DNA of 64,000 nucleotides from Alphaproteobacteria bacterium (GCA_965243135.1 OZ251539.1:512001-576000); one strand, 5' to 3'; positions 1-10,283 are shown, counted from the stretch's first letter. Program-made: numbers and translations. The notes: generated from the sequence alone by a model not told the origin.

Positions 1-100
1 AGAAACGGCAGAAAACGAATCGCCGCGAATGGCCTTGACACCTAACCGAACTCCGTTCACTTTCATGGCGTGAACGCTGGTCGGCTGGTGACCGTCTACA
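1..100 (-). mobile_element. Possible IS terminus (IS21-like) abutting the truncated cupin gene
   Basis: Minus strand from 100 reads TGTAGACGGTCACC...CGTTCAC..AAAGTGAACGG: a TG start and an internal inverted repeat, located where cupin similarity breaks down. The rest lies outside the window. Confidence 0.3.
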
Positions 101-337
101 TCACATGACACTGAGCGTGAAACCGTCGGCGGGGATGATCGACGCGTCGTCCTTCCCGCTGGTATTGCCGATGAACCGATGTTGCGCTCGCCGGTAACCG
201 TCGACGAGCGCGTCGGCGAAAGCCTTCCAGTCGGGTTTCTGGTCCTTGAAGTGAACCACCCGCCGGTCGGCGATCTCCTCGACGCTCATCCCCTCGAATT
301 CGGGAGGCCGTGCGTGCCGTGCGGCGTTTCCCGTCAT
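101..337 (-). pseudogene. Truncated cupin-domain protein (paralog of the cupin part of 8766..9617)
   Basis: ARHARPPEFEG...KPDWKAFADA..DGYRRAQHRFIG...FTLSVM aligns with the 8766..9617 protein, but stops (TGA at 103-101) just before the cupin HxH metal motif. Confidence 0.75.
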
Positions 338-343
338 GACGCG

Positions 344-1315
344 TCAGCGGATGAAGGCATTGGTGAAGTAGTCGCCGATGGGTGCCTTCTCCTTGATCTG
401 CTCGTATTCGACAAGGAGGTTCTGCGCGTTTTCGATGTCGGCCGGCGGAATCCAGCCCAGCGGTTTCTCCTTGCTGGCTGCGCTGTGATACAGGTCGAAC
501 GACGACTTGAGGATCGCCAGATGGATCTTGCGGTCGAGCGACGGCTTGGCCTTGCGCAGCGAATCGATGGCCGCCTCCGGGTTTTCCTGCACGATCTTCA
601 GCGCCTCCTGAACCGAGGCGACCATGCGCCCGACCAGATCCTTCTTCTCCGCGATCAGGTCTTCGTGCGCGATGACGGCGAGGCCGGGCACGTTGACGCC
701 GGCCGCCGCGAAACCGAGATACTCGGCGGGAACGCCCTTGGATTCCATGATCGGCTTCTGCAGGAACCCGAAGGAATTGGTCGCGTCGACCGTGCCCGAC
801 AGCACCGAACTCACCTTGGCGGCGGGCGCGACGAGGACGATGGTGTTGTTGCCGATGCCCATCGCTTTCTCGACCGCCTTGAACAGGTAGATCGTGCTGC
901 CGCCCGCGGAATCCGCGATCTTGAGCCCGTTGACGTCCTTCCAGCTTTTGATGCCCGACTTCTTCGGGAAGATCAGCGCGCTCGGCCCGGTGCGGAGGTA
1001 GCCGGCGACCATCTTGGTCTTGAGGCCCTTGGAGCGCAGCACCATCATCGCGCCGCCGTCGGCGGTGCCGAACTCGTCGGACTTGTTGCCGACGGTCTGC
1101 GAGGTCGTCATCGAGCCTCGCCCCTCGCGCAATTCGATGTCGATGCCGTTTCGGGAGAACACGCCCTGGTCTTTCGCGTAATGCCAGACGGCGTGGTAGC
1201 CGCCCAGCACCCAGTCGAGCCGCAGCGTGACCTTGTCGGCGGCCTGTGAGGGAAGCGCGGCGAGCGCGGCGAAAGCGCATGCGGCGGCGAATGTCGTCTT
1301 GATCGGTCCGGTCAT
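344..1315 (-). CDS. ABC transporter substrate-binding protein (NMT1/THI5-like)
   Basis: Signal peptide followed by KVTLRLDW...HA..HYAKDQGVF...GIDIEL; in an operon with the permease and ATPase. Confidence 0.9.
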   Translation of the reverse strand: MTGPIKTTFAAACAFAALAALPSQAADKVTLRLDWVLGGYHAVWHYAKDQGVFSRNGIDIELREGRGSMTTSQTVGNKSDEFGTADGGAMMVLRSKGLKTKMVAGYLRTGPSALIFPKKSGIKSWKDVNGLKIADSAGGSTIYLFKAVEKAMGIGNNTIVLVAPAAKVSSVLSGTVDATNSFGFLQKPIMESKGVPAEYLGFAAAGVNVPGLAVIAHEDLIAEKKDLVGRMVASVQEALKIVQENPEAAIDSLRKAKPSLDRKIHLAILKSSFDLYHSAASKEKPLGWIPPADIENAQNLLVEYEQIKEKAPIGDYFTNAFIR

Positions 1316-1354
1316 CTTGACCTCCTTGGGTTGTCGGTTGCTTGCGGCGTCCCG

Positions 1355-2158
1355 TTATTGCGCGTGGCTCCTCTGCGAGACGTGCCAGGGGATGAGGAGT
1401 TTTTCGATAAGCTCGATCGCGTAGAAAAACAGCATGGCGAGAACGGATAGCACGATCAGAACTCCGAACAGGAGCGAAGTGTTCATTTCGCCCGAGGCGC
1501 TGAGGAGAATGTAGCCGAGTCCGGAGTCCGAAGCGATGTATTCGCCCGTCAGCGCGCCCACCACCGCCAGCGCCGACGCGACCTTGAGGCCTCCGAACAT
1601 GCTGGGCAGCGCGCCGGGGAGGCGCAGCTTGAGGAAGATCCTGCCGGGCGGCGCGCCCATCGACCGGGCGAGCTGGATCAGGGCCGGGTCGATGCTGCGA
1701 AGGCCGACGATCGTGTCGACGACGATCGGAAAGAAGCAGATGAGGAACGCCACCGACACCTTCGTCTCGATTCCGAACCCGAACCAGACGATGAACAGCG
1801 GCGCGAGCGCGATCTTGGGAATGCTCTGCGTCGCGACCAGAGGGGGGTAGAGCAGCCGCTCGATCTGGGGCGACAGGACGATGGCGATGGCCGTCGGCAC
1901 GGCGACCGCGATGGCGAGCAGGTAGCCGATGAGAACCGCCACGATGGTGTGCCAGGAATGGTCGGCGATCGCGGACCAGTTCACCGCGGCGGCGACCACG
2001 ACCGACCAGGGACGCGGAAGCAGGTGGGCGGGCAGGTCGAATATCGACACCAACGCTTCCCAAAGGCCGAGGACGATCAGCAGCGAGAGCAGCATCCAGA
2101 ACGCGTCCGCGCGCCAGCCGCCGGGTCTGGAGCCTGTCTTTTTCGTCGGGTCGCTCAC
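1355..2158 (-). CDS. ABC transporter permease (NitT/TauT family)
   Basis: Hydrophobic helices, PKIALAPLFIVWFG, and EAA-like ARSMGA motif. Confidence 0.92.
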   Translation of the reverse strand: MSDPTKKTGSRPGGWRADAFWMLLSLLIVLGLWEALVSIFDLPAHLLPRPWSVVVAAAVNWSAIADHSWHTIVAVLIGYLLAIAVAVPTAIAIVLSPQIERLLYPPLVATQSIPKIALAPLFIVWFGFGIETKVSVAFLICFFPIVVDTIVGLRSIDPALIQLARSMGAPPGRIFLKLRLPGALPSMFGGLKVASALAVVGALTGEYIASDSGLGYILLSASGEMNTSLLFGVLIVLSVLAMLFFYAIELIEKLLIPWHVSQRSHAQ

Positions 2159-2171
2159 CTTAGTTCTCCCG

Positions 2172-2969
2172 CTATCTGTGGATGACGCCCATCTCCTGAA
2201 ACAAGAGCCGGACGCGCCGCACGATCGCGCCGAACGCGGCGCTGTCGCGCACGTCGACGCCGCGCGGACGCTCGAGGTCGTTCTTGACGATTTCCCGCAC
2301 CCGACCCGGACGCGGCGTCATCACGATGATTCGGTCCGACAGGAACGCCGCCTCGCCGATGCTGTGAGTGACGAACAGCACGGTCTTGCGGGATTTCTGC
2401 CACATCGTGAGCAGGTCGGTCTGCATCTGTTCGCGGGTCAGCGCGTCCAGCGCCCCGAACGGTTCGTCCATCAGCAGCATCGGGGGATCGAGCAGCAGGG
2501 CGCGGCACAGCGCCACCCGCTGCCGCATGCCGCCCGACAGCTCGAAGGGGCGGCTGTCCTCGAAGCCCTCCAGCCCGACCGAAGCGATCAACTCGCGCGC
2601 CCGCGCGGCGTGCCCTCGCCGGTCGAGGCCGCGCATGTCGCATTGCAGGAGCACGTTCCCCATCACCGTCCGCCAATCGACCAGCAGGTCGTTCTGGAAC
2701 ACGAAACCGAGATTGGTGTAGGGCCCGCTTACCGTCGCGCCGTCGATCCGGATGGTTCCGCTGGTGGTCTCCAGAAGGCCTCCGACCAGGGACAGCAGGG
2801 TGCTCTTGCCGCAACCGCTCGGTCCGACGATGGAAACGAACTCGCCGCGTCCGATTTCGAGATCGGTCTGCTCCAGCGCCACCACTTCCGTTCCGTCCTG
2901 TCCGACGAACGTTTTCCCGACTCCTTCGATCTCGATCAGCGCGTCGACGGCGGCGTGGCTACCGGGCAT
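2172..2969 (-). CDS. ABC transporter ATP-binding protein (NitT/TauT family)
   Basis: GPSGCGKST, LSGGMRQR, LLMDEPFGALD. Confidence 0.95.
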   Translation of the reverse strand: MPGSHAAVDALIEIEGVGKTFVGQDGTEVVALEQTDLEIGRGEFVSIVGPSGCGKSTLLSLVGGLLETTSGTIRIDGATVSGPYTNLGFVFQNDLLVDWRTVMGNVLLQCDMRGLDRRGHAARARELIASVGLEGFEDSRPFELSGGMRQRVALCRALLLDPPMLLMDEPFGALDALTREQMQTDLLTMWQKSRKTVLFVTHSIGEAAFLSDRIIVMTPRPGRVREIVKNDLERPRGVDVRDSAAFGAIVRRVRLLFQEMGVIHR

Positions 2970-5316
2970 CGCCGTCTTTCCGGTCGAAAAAGGCCACGAC
3001 GTCGCCCCAGCGCAGCGGCGTCGCGTTAAGTTCCGCGCCGAACGGGCGCAGAGCGTCGCACACGGCGTTGGCGAGAACCGCGGGCGGCGCGATCGCGCCG
3101 CCTTCGCCGAGTCCCTTCACGCCAAGCGGATTCAGGGGCGAGGGGGTTTCCTTGTGCACGACCGTGATCGGCGGCACGTCCGAGGCCGTCGGCAACAGGT
3201 AATCCGCCAGGCTTCCGGTGAGCAACTGGCCGTCTTCGCCATAGGAGATTTCTTCGAGCAGCCCGCCTCCTATGCCCTGCGCCAGCCCGCCCTTAACCTG
3301 ACCGTCGGCGATTCCGGGGTTGACCAGAACCCCGGCGTCGTGGACTTCGACATAGCGTTCGATTTCGATCCGTCCGGTTTCGGGATCGACCTCGACGATC
3401 GCGGCGTTGGCGGCGTAGGCCCAGGTCACCGTCGGCGGTTCGTAATAGCAAGCGGCCTCGAGTCCCGCTTCCACTCCGTCGGGGCGCTTGTGGTCCCAAC
3501 CCGGTCGCGCCGCCCGCGCGATCTCGCGGTAGCTCGCGTGCAGGTCGGGCACGCCTACGACGCCGACGCCGCCGTCGCGGAATTCCAGATCGCTTTCCGC
3601 GGTTTCCAGAAGGTTGGCCGCGACGGCGAGCGCCTTTTCCTTCACCTTGTCGCTGGCGCCCAGGATCGCGCCCGACGCCGTTACGGTGCTGCGGCTCGCG
3701 ATGGTGCCGTATCCCATGGTGACCTGGGACGTGTCCGCGAGAGAGACGAACACGTCTTCGATGGGAACGCGCCATATGTCGGCGGCCACCTGGGCGAAGA
3801 CGGTTTCGTGACCCTGTCCCTGCGGACAGGCGCCGGCGGCGACCGCGATTTTGCCCGACGGATCGATCTTGACCGTCGCGCCTTCGAACGGACCGACGCC
3901 CGTGCCTTCGACGTAGCATCCGACGCCGATCCCGAGGTAGCGGCCTTCCGCCAGCGCTTTCTCCTGGCGTTCGCGGAAGCGTTCCAGGCCGCCGAGTTCG
4001 TCGAGCGCCCGGCGGAGCGCTCCGGGATAGTCGCCGCTGTCGTAAACGATGGGCACGCCGTCGCGATACGCCAGCCCGACCTCGTAGGGCATGCGTTCGG
4101 GCGGAATCATGTTTCGCAGGCGCAGTTCGGCCGGTTCGATTCCGATCTCGCGGGCCACGAGGTCCACCGCGCGTTCCATCGCGAACACCACTTCCGGACG
4201 CCCGGCGCCCCGGTAGGGCGCGTTGGGCGCGCGGTTCGTGAGCACGACCCTGCACTCGGCCTCGTAGTTCGGTATGTCGTAGGGGCCGAGCATGTGAGCG
4301 ATCGAGTTGCCGGCGATGCCGGCGCCCACCGGGGTATAGGCCCCCGAATCCACCGTGAAATCGGTCCTGACGGACAGGATGCGCCCGTCGTCGTCGAAAC
4401 CGATTTCCACGTCGTAGACGTTGTCCCGGGAATGGGCGGCGTTGAGCATGTGCTCGTGGCGATCCTCCACCCATTTGACCGGCCGCCCGAGGCGGCGCGC
4501 GAGGCACGGGATCAGAACGTCCTCGGGATAGACATGGCCCTTGCCGCCGAAGCCGCCGCCGACGTCGGGAGCGATGCAGCGGACCCGCTCCTCGGGCATG
4601 CCGAGCGCCGCCGCGACCTCGCGCCGCACCCAGTGAACGACCTGCGTGGAGGACCAGACGGTGAGCGTGTCGGTCCGCGGGTCGTGTTCGGCGACGACGC
4701 CGCGGCACTCGAGCGGCATCGCCGCGTAGCGATGGTGAACGAAACGGCGGCGCAGCCGGCGCGGCGGCGCGGACGCTTCGCCGCCCTTTCCCGCCCGCAG
4801 GCGGGCGGCGACGTTGCGGCCGAGATCCTCATGGACCAGAGGCGCGCCGTCGCGCAACGCCGCCTCAGGATCCGGCGCGGCGGGCAGAGGCTCGAGCGCC
4901 GCGTCGATCAGTTCCAGCGCGTCTTCCGCGAGATAGCGGTCTTCGGCGACGATCAGGGCGTAGGCTTCGCCCACGTATCGGACCTTGTCGGCGGGCAGGA
5001 GAGGTTGGTCGGGAATCACGATGTCGGTTTCGACCCGGTCGCGCCAGCCCTGCGGGGTGGTTACCTGCATGCCGTCGATGGGCGGCAGGCCGAGATCGGG
5101 GCCGGAGGCGGCGAAGGCGACGCCCTCCGCGCTTCGCGCGGCTTCGAGATCGATCGACGCGATGCGCGCATGCGGCAGATCGCTGCGGGCGAAAGCGACG
5201 TGCAACATGCGGGGCAGATGCATGTCGGCGACGAAAGCTCCCCTGCCGAGCAGCAGGCGCTCGTCCTCCCGGCGCGGCACCGGGCGTCCGACGTAGCCGG
5301 GAAGGGAGTCAGTCAT
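2959..5316 (-). CDS. Xanthine dehydrogenase family molybdopterin-binding subunit (CoxL-like, not form I CODH)
   Basis: RREDERLLLGRG, VGGGFGGK, APYRGAGRPE, QGQGHET, GVKGLGEGG. Start placed at ATG 5316. Confidence 0.92.
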   Translation of the reverse strand: MTDSLPGYVGRPVPRREDERLLLGRGAFVADMHLPRMLHVAFARSDLPHARIASIDLEAARSAEGVAFAASGPDLGLPPIDGMQVTTPQGWRDRVETDIVIPDQPLLPADKVRYVGEAYALIVAEDRYLAEDALELIDAALEPLPAAPDPEAALRDGAPLVHEDLGRNVAARLRAGKGGEASAPPRRLRRRFVHHRYAAMPLECRGVVAEHDPRTDTLTVWSSTQVVHWVRREVAAALGMPEERVRCIAPDVGGGFGGKGHVYPEDVLIPCLARRLGRPVKWVEDRHEHMLNAAHSRDNVYDVEIGFDDDGRILSVRTDFTVDSGAYTPVGAGIAGNSIAHMLGPYDIPNYEAECRVVLTNRAPNAPYRGAGRPEVVFAMERAVDLVAREIGIEPAELRLRNMIPPERMPYEVGLAYRDGVPIVYDSGDYPGALRRALDELGGLERFRERQEKALAEGRYLGIGVGCYVEGTGVGPFEGATVKIDPSGKIAVAAGACPQGQGHETVFAQVAADIWRVPIEDVFVSLADTSQVTMGYGTIASRSTVTASGAILGASDKVKEKALAVAANLLETAESDLEFRDGGVGVVGVPDLHASYREIARAARPGWDHKRPDGVEAGLEAACYYEPPTVTWAYAANAAIVEVDPETGRIEIERYVEVHDAGVLVNPGIADGQVKGGLAQGIGGGLLEEISYGEDGQLLTGSLADYLLPTASDVPPITVVHKETPSPLNPLGVKGLGEGGAIAPPAVLANAVCDALRPFGAELNATPLRWGDVVAFFDRKDGDAR

Positions 5317-5794
5317 CTCCGCGCACCTGCCGGGCATAGGCCGCGACCGCCTCGACGATGCCTTCGTATCCCGTGCAGCGGCAGAGCGCCGCCGACATGC
5401 CGACGCGGATTTCTTCGTCGGTCAGCGGAGCGCTCGCCGCGTTCACGAGATCGATCGCCGTCATCAGCATGCCTGGCGTGCAGAATCCGCACTGGAGCGC
5501 GCGGCGCTCCGAAAACAGCCGCTGCAGCGGATGGAGTTCGCCGTCCGCGGCCAAGCCCTCGACCGTGAGGATGTCGGCGCCGTCCGCCTGCACGGCGAAC
5601 ATCAGGCAGGAGCGCACGGCCTCTCCGTCGAAGCTCACCGTGCATGCGCCGCAGATGCCGTGTTCGCAGCCGACGTGAGTGCCGGTCAGCCCCAGTTCGT
5701 CCCGCAGAAAATCGACGAGCAGCATGCGGGAATGCGCCTGGCCTCTACGGCGCTCGCCGTTGACGGCGAGTTCGACGGCGCGCCGTTCCGTCAT
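5309..5794 (-). CDS. (2Fe-2S)-binding subunit (CoxS-like)
   Basis: GCEHGICGAC, QCGFCTPG, CRCTGY. ATG 5794 overlaps the upstream stop (ATGA). Confidence 0.93.
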   Translation of the reverse strand: MTERRAVELAVNGERRRGQAHSRMLLVDFLRDELGLTGTHVGCEHGICGACTVSFDGEAVRSCLMFAVQADGADILTVEGLAADGELHPLQRLFSERRALQCGFCTPGMLMTAIDLVNAASAPLTDEEIRVGMSAALCRCTGYEGIVEAVAAYARQVRGDD

Positions 5795-6633
5795 GCCGCG
5801 CTCCTCTTCAAGGCCGTCGCGACCGCGCGTTTCGCCATGACTCCTACGAGCCGGCGGCGATACGCGGCGCTGGCATGGAGATCGTCGTCGGGGTCCACTT
5901 CGGCCGCCGCCACGCGGGCGGCGTCCTCGGCGCTGCACCCGTCGCGCAGCGCGGCTTCGGTCTTCGTCAGGCGCACCGGGCCGGGACCGGCGCCGCAGGC
6001 GGCGAGCCGGACGCCGGCGCCGGGCGTCGTCTGCGCGGCGACGCCCGCGAGGGCGAAGTCGCCGTGCCGCCTTGCGATTTCGACGAAGGCCGATCCGCTG
6101 CCGACGGGCGCTTTCGGAACGACGATTTCGGTCAGCAACTCGTCGGCTTCCATGACCGTGCTCAGCGGGCCGTCGAAGAATTCGGCCGCCGCGATGCGGC
6201 GTGCGCCCCGCGGGCTCCGCACCTCCAGTTCGCAACCGAGCGCGACGGCCGCCGCCGGATATTCCGCCGCGGGATCGGCGTTGGCGAGGCTGCCGCCGAT
6301 CGTGCCGCGGCTGCGTATGGGAAGGTGCCCGATGTGGATCGTCGCCTCGCGAAGCAGCGGCGCCGCTTCGCGCACCAGCGCGCTGTTCTCGATCGTCCTT
6401 TCCCGGGTCATCGCGCCGATCGCCAGATGGTCGCCCCGATCCTCGACGTAGGCGAGTTCGCGAATTCGATTCAGGTCCACGAGCGCAGCGGGGCGCGCGA
6501 GGCGAAAGTTCATCATCGGCACGAGGCTCTGTCCGCCCGCGAGCGGGCGGGCGTCGGGCGCGTGCGCCGCCAGCAGCGACACCGCCTCCTCGATGCTGTC
6601 CGGTTCCAGATAGTCGAAACGCGCCGGTTTCAT
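5791..6633 (-). CDS. FAD-binding subunit (CoxM-like)
   Basis: MKPARFDY, LAGGQSLVP, IRSRGTIGGSLANADP. Confidence 0.93.
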   Translation of the reverse strand: MKPARFDYLEPDSIEEAVSLLAAHAPDARPLAGGQSLVPMMNFRLARPAALVDLNRIRELAYVEDRGDHLAIGAMTRERTIENSALVREAAPLLREATIHIGHLPIRSRGTIGGSLANADPAAEYPAAAVALGCELEVRSPRGARRIAAAEFFDGPLSTVMEADELLTEIVVPKAPVGSGSAFVEIARRHGDFALAGVAAQTTPGAGVRLAACGAGPGPVRLTKTEAALRDGCSAEDAARVAAAEVDPDDDLHASAAYRRRLVGVMAKRAVATALKRSAA

Positions 6634-7048
6634 CGCGCCGCCTTGCGTTGCGCTCGCCCGCGGCGAGTCCCGGACGGACTACAGGAATTTTCGGGCGGTT
6701 CGTCAAGCGGAGGCGGACAACGAACCAGGGCGGGTTGTGGTTTTCGAGCTATGGCCGGACGAACTTCGGTTCGTCGCGTTCCGTAAGCCGTTTTTTCGCA
6801 AGGTCGACGACGCCGGGGGGAAACTGGTCTTGGCACCGCCAGGCATTCTCCCGTGCATTCGCTCAGACCCTTTTCGACCGAAAGCTTGAAGCCGTCAGTC
6901 TCTATCTTTTTTCGGGTCCATTCGACGAGGGACTGGCGCGCGCCCTTGTTCGCGATTTTTTGCCGAGTCCGCGATGCCGGCGTCCGGCGACCGTTCTTTT
7001 CGGTCAACAGCCGCTCATACGCAGCCAATGTCTCGTTGAAATCCTTCG

Positions 7049-7348
7049 TCAGCGGATCGTTTCTTCGCGCGGACGAATAACGCGCAAGGCAGCGGCTTCG
7101 TTCCGAGCCGCGACCTCGAGCTCATAGCGAACCTGAAGGTTCATCCAACTCCGGGCGTCAGTGTTGAAATATTGCGCCAAACGCAGCGCGGTCCCGGCCG
7201 TGATGCCCCGTCGGCCGCGAACGATCTCGTTGATCCGCGCCGGCGTCACGCCGATCGCCTTCGCCAGCGCGGCGGCGGACAACGCGAAGGGCTCCATGAA
7301 GTCGTGTTTCAGCACTTCGCCGGGGTGAACCGGCTCCAGTCGGGTCAT
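7049..7348 (-). CDS. higA: HigA-family antitoxin (orphan)
   Basis: PVHPGEVL...RINEIVRGRRGITAGTALRLAQYF...WMNLQ..YEL. GAGGAG RBS before ATG 7348. No intact upstream toxin. Confidence 0.9.
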   Translation of the reverse strand: MTRLEPVHPGEVLKHDFMEPFALSAAALAKAIGVTPARINEIVRGRRGITAGTALRLAQYFNTDARSWMNLQVRYELEVAARNEAAALRVIRPREETIR

Positions 7349-7688
7349 GCATGCCTCCTCGAATGACATCAGTGGTCCCACTATCAACTCGGATGGGTTG
7401 GCCGGTGAGTCAAGGCGCTGGGGCGGCGGAGAGTCGTTCTCGCAGATCCGCGATCGCGCCGACCGAGGCTCGGCCAGAGGAATGCGGCGTTTGCAGATGC
7501 GACCGTGCGTGCGAACACCGGCTCTCTGGCGCGGGAAACGGAGACAGGCCAACCGTCGCTTGAGGCTGCCGGATGCACGTAGGCGCGGTCGGGTCGTGGA
7601 CAGCCCGCGCCACGATTCCCTCGCGCCGCTCCGGTCACGAAGCCGGTTCCGCTGAGCGCGCGCCCCCGGCTCTCCGGGGTCGCCTGGG

Positions 7689-8045
7689 CTACCCGTTCCG
7701 AAGCCGTCGGCGGAGCGCCTCGATGCGCGCCCGGTTCGCGCCGAAGTCGTAGTAGCCGAACCGCGATGCGGAGCGGACGTGGATCACGCGCCCGGCGGAA
7801 CAGAGACGGCACTCCAGGTCATCGACGAACCCGAGCCGGGTCCGGCAGGCCGCATGGATGTAATCGGGCGTTTCAGCCACGATGACGGTGCGCGGCGCGG
7901 CGGCCAGCAGGACCTTGAGCCGGGCGAAGGCGGCGGCGGAGTCCCCGTCCGCGGCGAAGGGCTCGACGCGATGGCGTGCCGGCGCGCCATCCCTGCTGCA
8001 TACGCAGTTGGGACGATCCGGGCAGGGCGCGAGCGGTTCGGGCAT
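7689..8045 (-). CDS. DUF1499 domain protein
   Basis: LAPCPDRPNCVCS, GFVDDLE, IHVRSASRFGYYDFGANRARIE. Confidence 0.85.
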   Translation of the reverse strand: MPEPLAPCPDRPNCVCSRDGAPARHRVEPFAADGDSAAAFARLKVLLAAAPRTVIVAETPDYIHAACRTRLGFVDDLECRLCSAGRVIHVRSASRFGYYDFGANRARIEALRRRLRNG

Positions 8046-8050
8046 CGCGA

Positions 8051-8404
8051 TCACCTTGGCAAGCGGCATCCGTCGAGAGTCGTTCCCTCGGTGCAGGACG
8101 CTCCTGCCGCAGCCGCCGCGCCGGGCAGGCCGCGCTCTCCTCCACGGCTTCCGAACCCTGCCTCCCGAACGGCGTTCCGGAACGCCGCGGCGGGATCCGC
8201 CGCGCTGCTGTCGGGCAACTGGACAAGAAGCGCCGGGCTCGCGTTCGCTTCATGCTCCGCGAGCGCGCTCAACGCCCGCTGGACCAGGGCGGTCTTGCTG
8301 GCCCTGCGGCGGCCGGCGGCAAAAAACCGGCGATCCCGGCGCATCTTCTCCGGCAGGCCATCTAGCCCGTCGCAGCGTCCGTAGAACTCCCAACGAGTGG
8401 TCAT
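8051..8404 (-). pseudogene. N-terminal remnant of an archaeal-type (ATPase_2-like) P-loop ATPase
   Basis: WEFYGR...GRRRASKT resembles FYGRxxE...GRRRxGKT with a degenerate Walker A; the ORF is far too short. Confidence 0.6.
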
Positions 8405-8765
8405 GATCGTAGGATAATTCCTGTTCCAAAAATCTCAAATCGGGGACGCGAGGGCGAGAGTAAAACGCGTTGCGACGTCCCCGGACCGCCGTTGTCGGAA
8501 TATCCGTCCGGGCCGTTGCCGTTCCCGCCGCGCGACCGGCGAGCGCACTTGGGCATCGGCGCGCTCCCGGGCGGTTCCAGGAGCCTGCCTTTTGCTTGCG
8601 CTCGGTCCGTCCCGGGCGTCGGCGTCGGGCGGCGGCGCGAATCCGCCGTCCGGGCCTCGAATTCGCCGTTCGGCGGGCTATGGTCTGGTGATTTCTTGCT
8701 GCGGTCGCCGCGGCCGTTCGCTATGCTGACGGTTCCGCCATCCGGGGACCAACGGAGGAGGCGTC

Positions 8766-9617
8766 ATGTTCTATGGAACCAAACATTTGGCAGCGTATTT
8801 CGGGTGCACGCCCAAGGCTCTCCGCCGCAAGCTGCGGGAGCGCAACTTGCGGGTTGGGTCGGGTAATCGCCACGGGTACGATGCGCCCGCGTATGCGTTT
8901 CTGATCAAGGCTCTGGAAGAGCAGGGTCTGAAGCCGGCGGAGGGCGCGCCGGAGGATTGCCGGCCGCCCAAGGTGAAGCCCGAGAAAGCCTACGCGGCGG
9001 CGCGGGCCCACCCGGTCCTGGCGGGGTGGCTCGTCGACGACGCCCCCATGTTCTCGACCCCCGAGCCGCAGCGGCCCAAGCCCCGGCGCAAGGCCGCCAG
9101 ACATCCGAGGCCGCCCGAACTGGAAGGCGTTTCGACAAGGGAAGTCGTCGATCGGTACGTTGCGCGGTTCAGCGAACGCAAGCCGGACTGGGCGGCTTTC
9201 GAGGACGCCAAGATCGACGGCTACAAGCGCGCTCAGCATCGTTTCATCGGGGCCGGAGGGTCCGGCAAGCACGGCGACCCCGACGCGATACCGGCGCGGG
9301 CGCACACGCTGAGCATCATGTATGTCGAACCGGGGCAGGGCAACGCGCCCCATACCCACGAGGTCGAGGAAACCTTCTTCGTCCTGCAGGGCTTTCTCGA
9401 CGCCTTCGTCGAGGACGAGGGAGGCGCCAACCGCGTCACGGTCCGGCTCGGCAAGTGGGATTGCATCACCTGTCCGCCCGGCGTGATTCACGGTTACGAC
9501 AACAACAGCCTGGAACCGGTCTGGTTTCAGGTGATGCTCGGGCGCGGCCGCCCCGAAACGATGGGTTATGCCGACACGGAATTGTACGAGCGCCGGAATG
9601 CCCATCTGGAAGACTGA
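8766..9617 (+). CDS. Cupin-domain protein with N-terminal small HTH-like domain
   Basis: GGAGGAGG RBS. N-terminus TKHLAAYFGCTPKALRRKLR; C-terminus GQGNAPHTHEVEETFFVLQG...PPGVIHGY. Confidence 0.8.
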   Translation: MFYGTKHLAAYFGCTPKALRRKLRERNLRVGSGNRHGYDAPAYAFLIKALEEQGLKPAEGAPEDCRPPKVKPEKAYAAARAHPVLAGWLVDDAPMFSTPEPQRPKPRRKAARHPRPPELEGVSTREVVDRYVARFSERKPDWAAFEDAKIDGYKRAQHRFIGAGGSGKHGDPDAIPARAHTLSIMYVEPGQGNAPHTHEVEETFFVLQGFLDAFVEDEGGANRVTVRLGKWDCITCPPGVIHGYDNNSLEPVWFQVMLGRGRPETMGYADTELYERRNAHLED

Positions 9618-9759
9618 ACGGCGCGCCGGAGGCGCCTCGGAGATTCTCGCACCGCACCGCACCCCCTGTCCATTCCGAAGCGCAACGCAGGCGGCTGGCG
9701 CAACCACAAGGGCGTTCGGCCTGAGTTCTACGGCGCCGTTCCAGGCCCGGAACGAGGTC

Positions 9760-10010
9760 GGACGTTCAAGCGAAAGCGCGGCATGCGCGAAGGCATTGCT
9801 CCCCTCGGAGCGCATCGAGGCTTTCGCGCGCCGCTTGGGCAACCGCTTCGAAGCGCCAGCCGGCGACCGCGCCGGACAGTACGGCATTCGCGTTTCACGC
9901 AATTGGCGGATATGCTTCGTCCGGCGGGACGCAGGGCCGGACAACCACTGCCAGCGAGCCGAACGACGAGGAGCGAAGAAATGTCGCGCATACGCGCCCA
10001 TCGCGTCGCC
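9760..10010 (+). pseudogene. Decayed higB-higA toxin-antitoxin remnant (boundaries approximate)
   Basis: GNRFEAPAGDRAGQYGIRVSRNWRICFV matches the HigB signature GNRLEALKGDRAGQYSIRINDQWRICF. It is followed by GAGGAG and MSRIRAH (9981), a HigA-like start that then degenerates. Confidence 0.75.
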
Positions 10011-10283
10011 GAGCGTTCCGGCGCCCTGCGGCGCGAGCGGGAGACGGGACTGCCCGTCGCCTGCGTCGCCGAAACCTCCCGGCTTGGCGGCGCTTCGACT
10101 GCGCGAGCGACGGGGCGCGGAATTGGCCGTCGCGTTCCGTGCGTACGAAGCCCCGAATTCCGGGTGAATGGCCGGAAGACGCATACGCTTTCGAAGGAAC
10201 CGATCGAGGGCGGCCGAAGCGCACGGGGGCAACCGGGGGCCGCGCTCTAGCGCGGCCGCCCCGCCGTTCGTCAGGAAACCGGC

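Noticed and set aside
101-103. Selenocysteine readthrough in the cupin gene
   Set aside because: The paralog has Tyr, not Cys, at this position, and in-frame readthrough does not restore similarity.
2959-6633. Aerobic CO dehydrogenase (form I)
   Set aside because: The active-site loop is PYRGAG, not AYRCSFR, and the context is an organic-substrate ABC transporter.
6634-7048. ORF 6630..7028 as a real gene
   Set aside because: No recognisable motif or RBS; possibly a decayed remnant, but unsupported.
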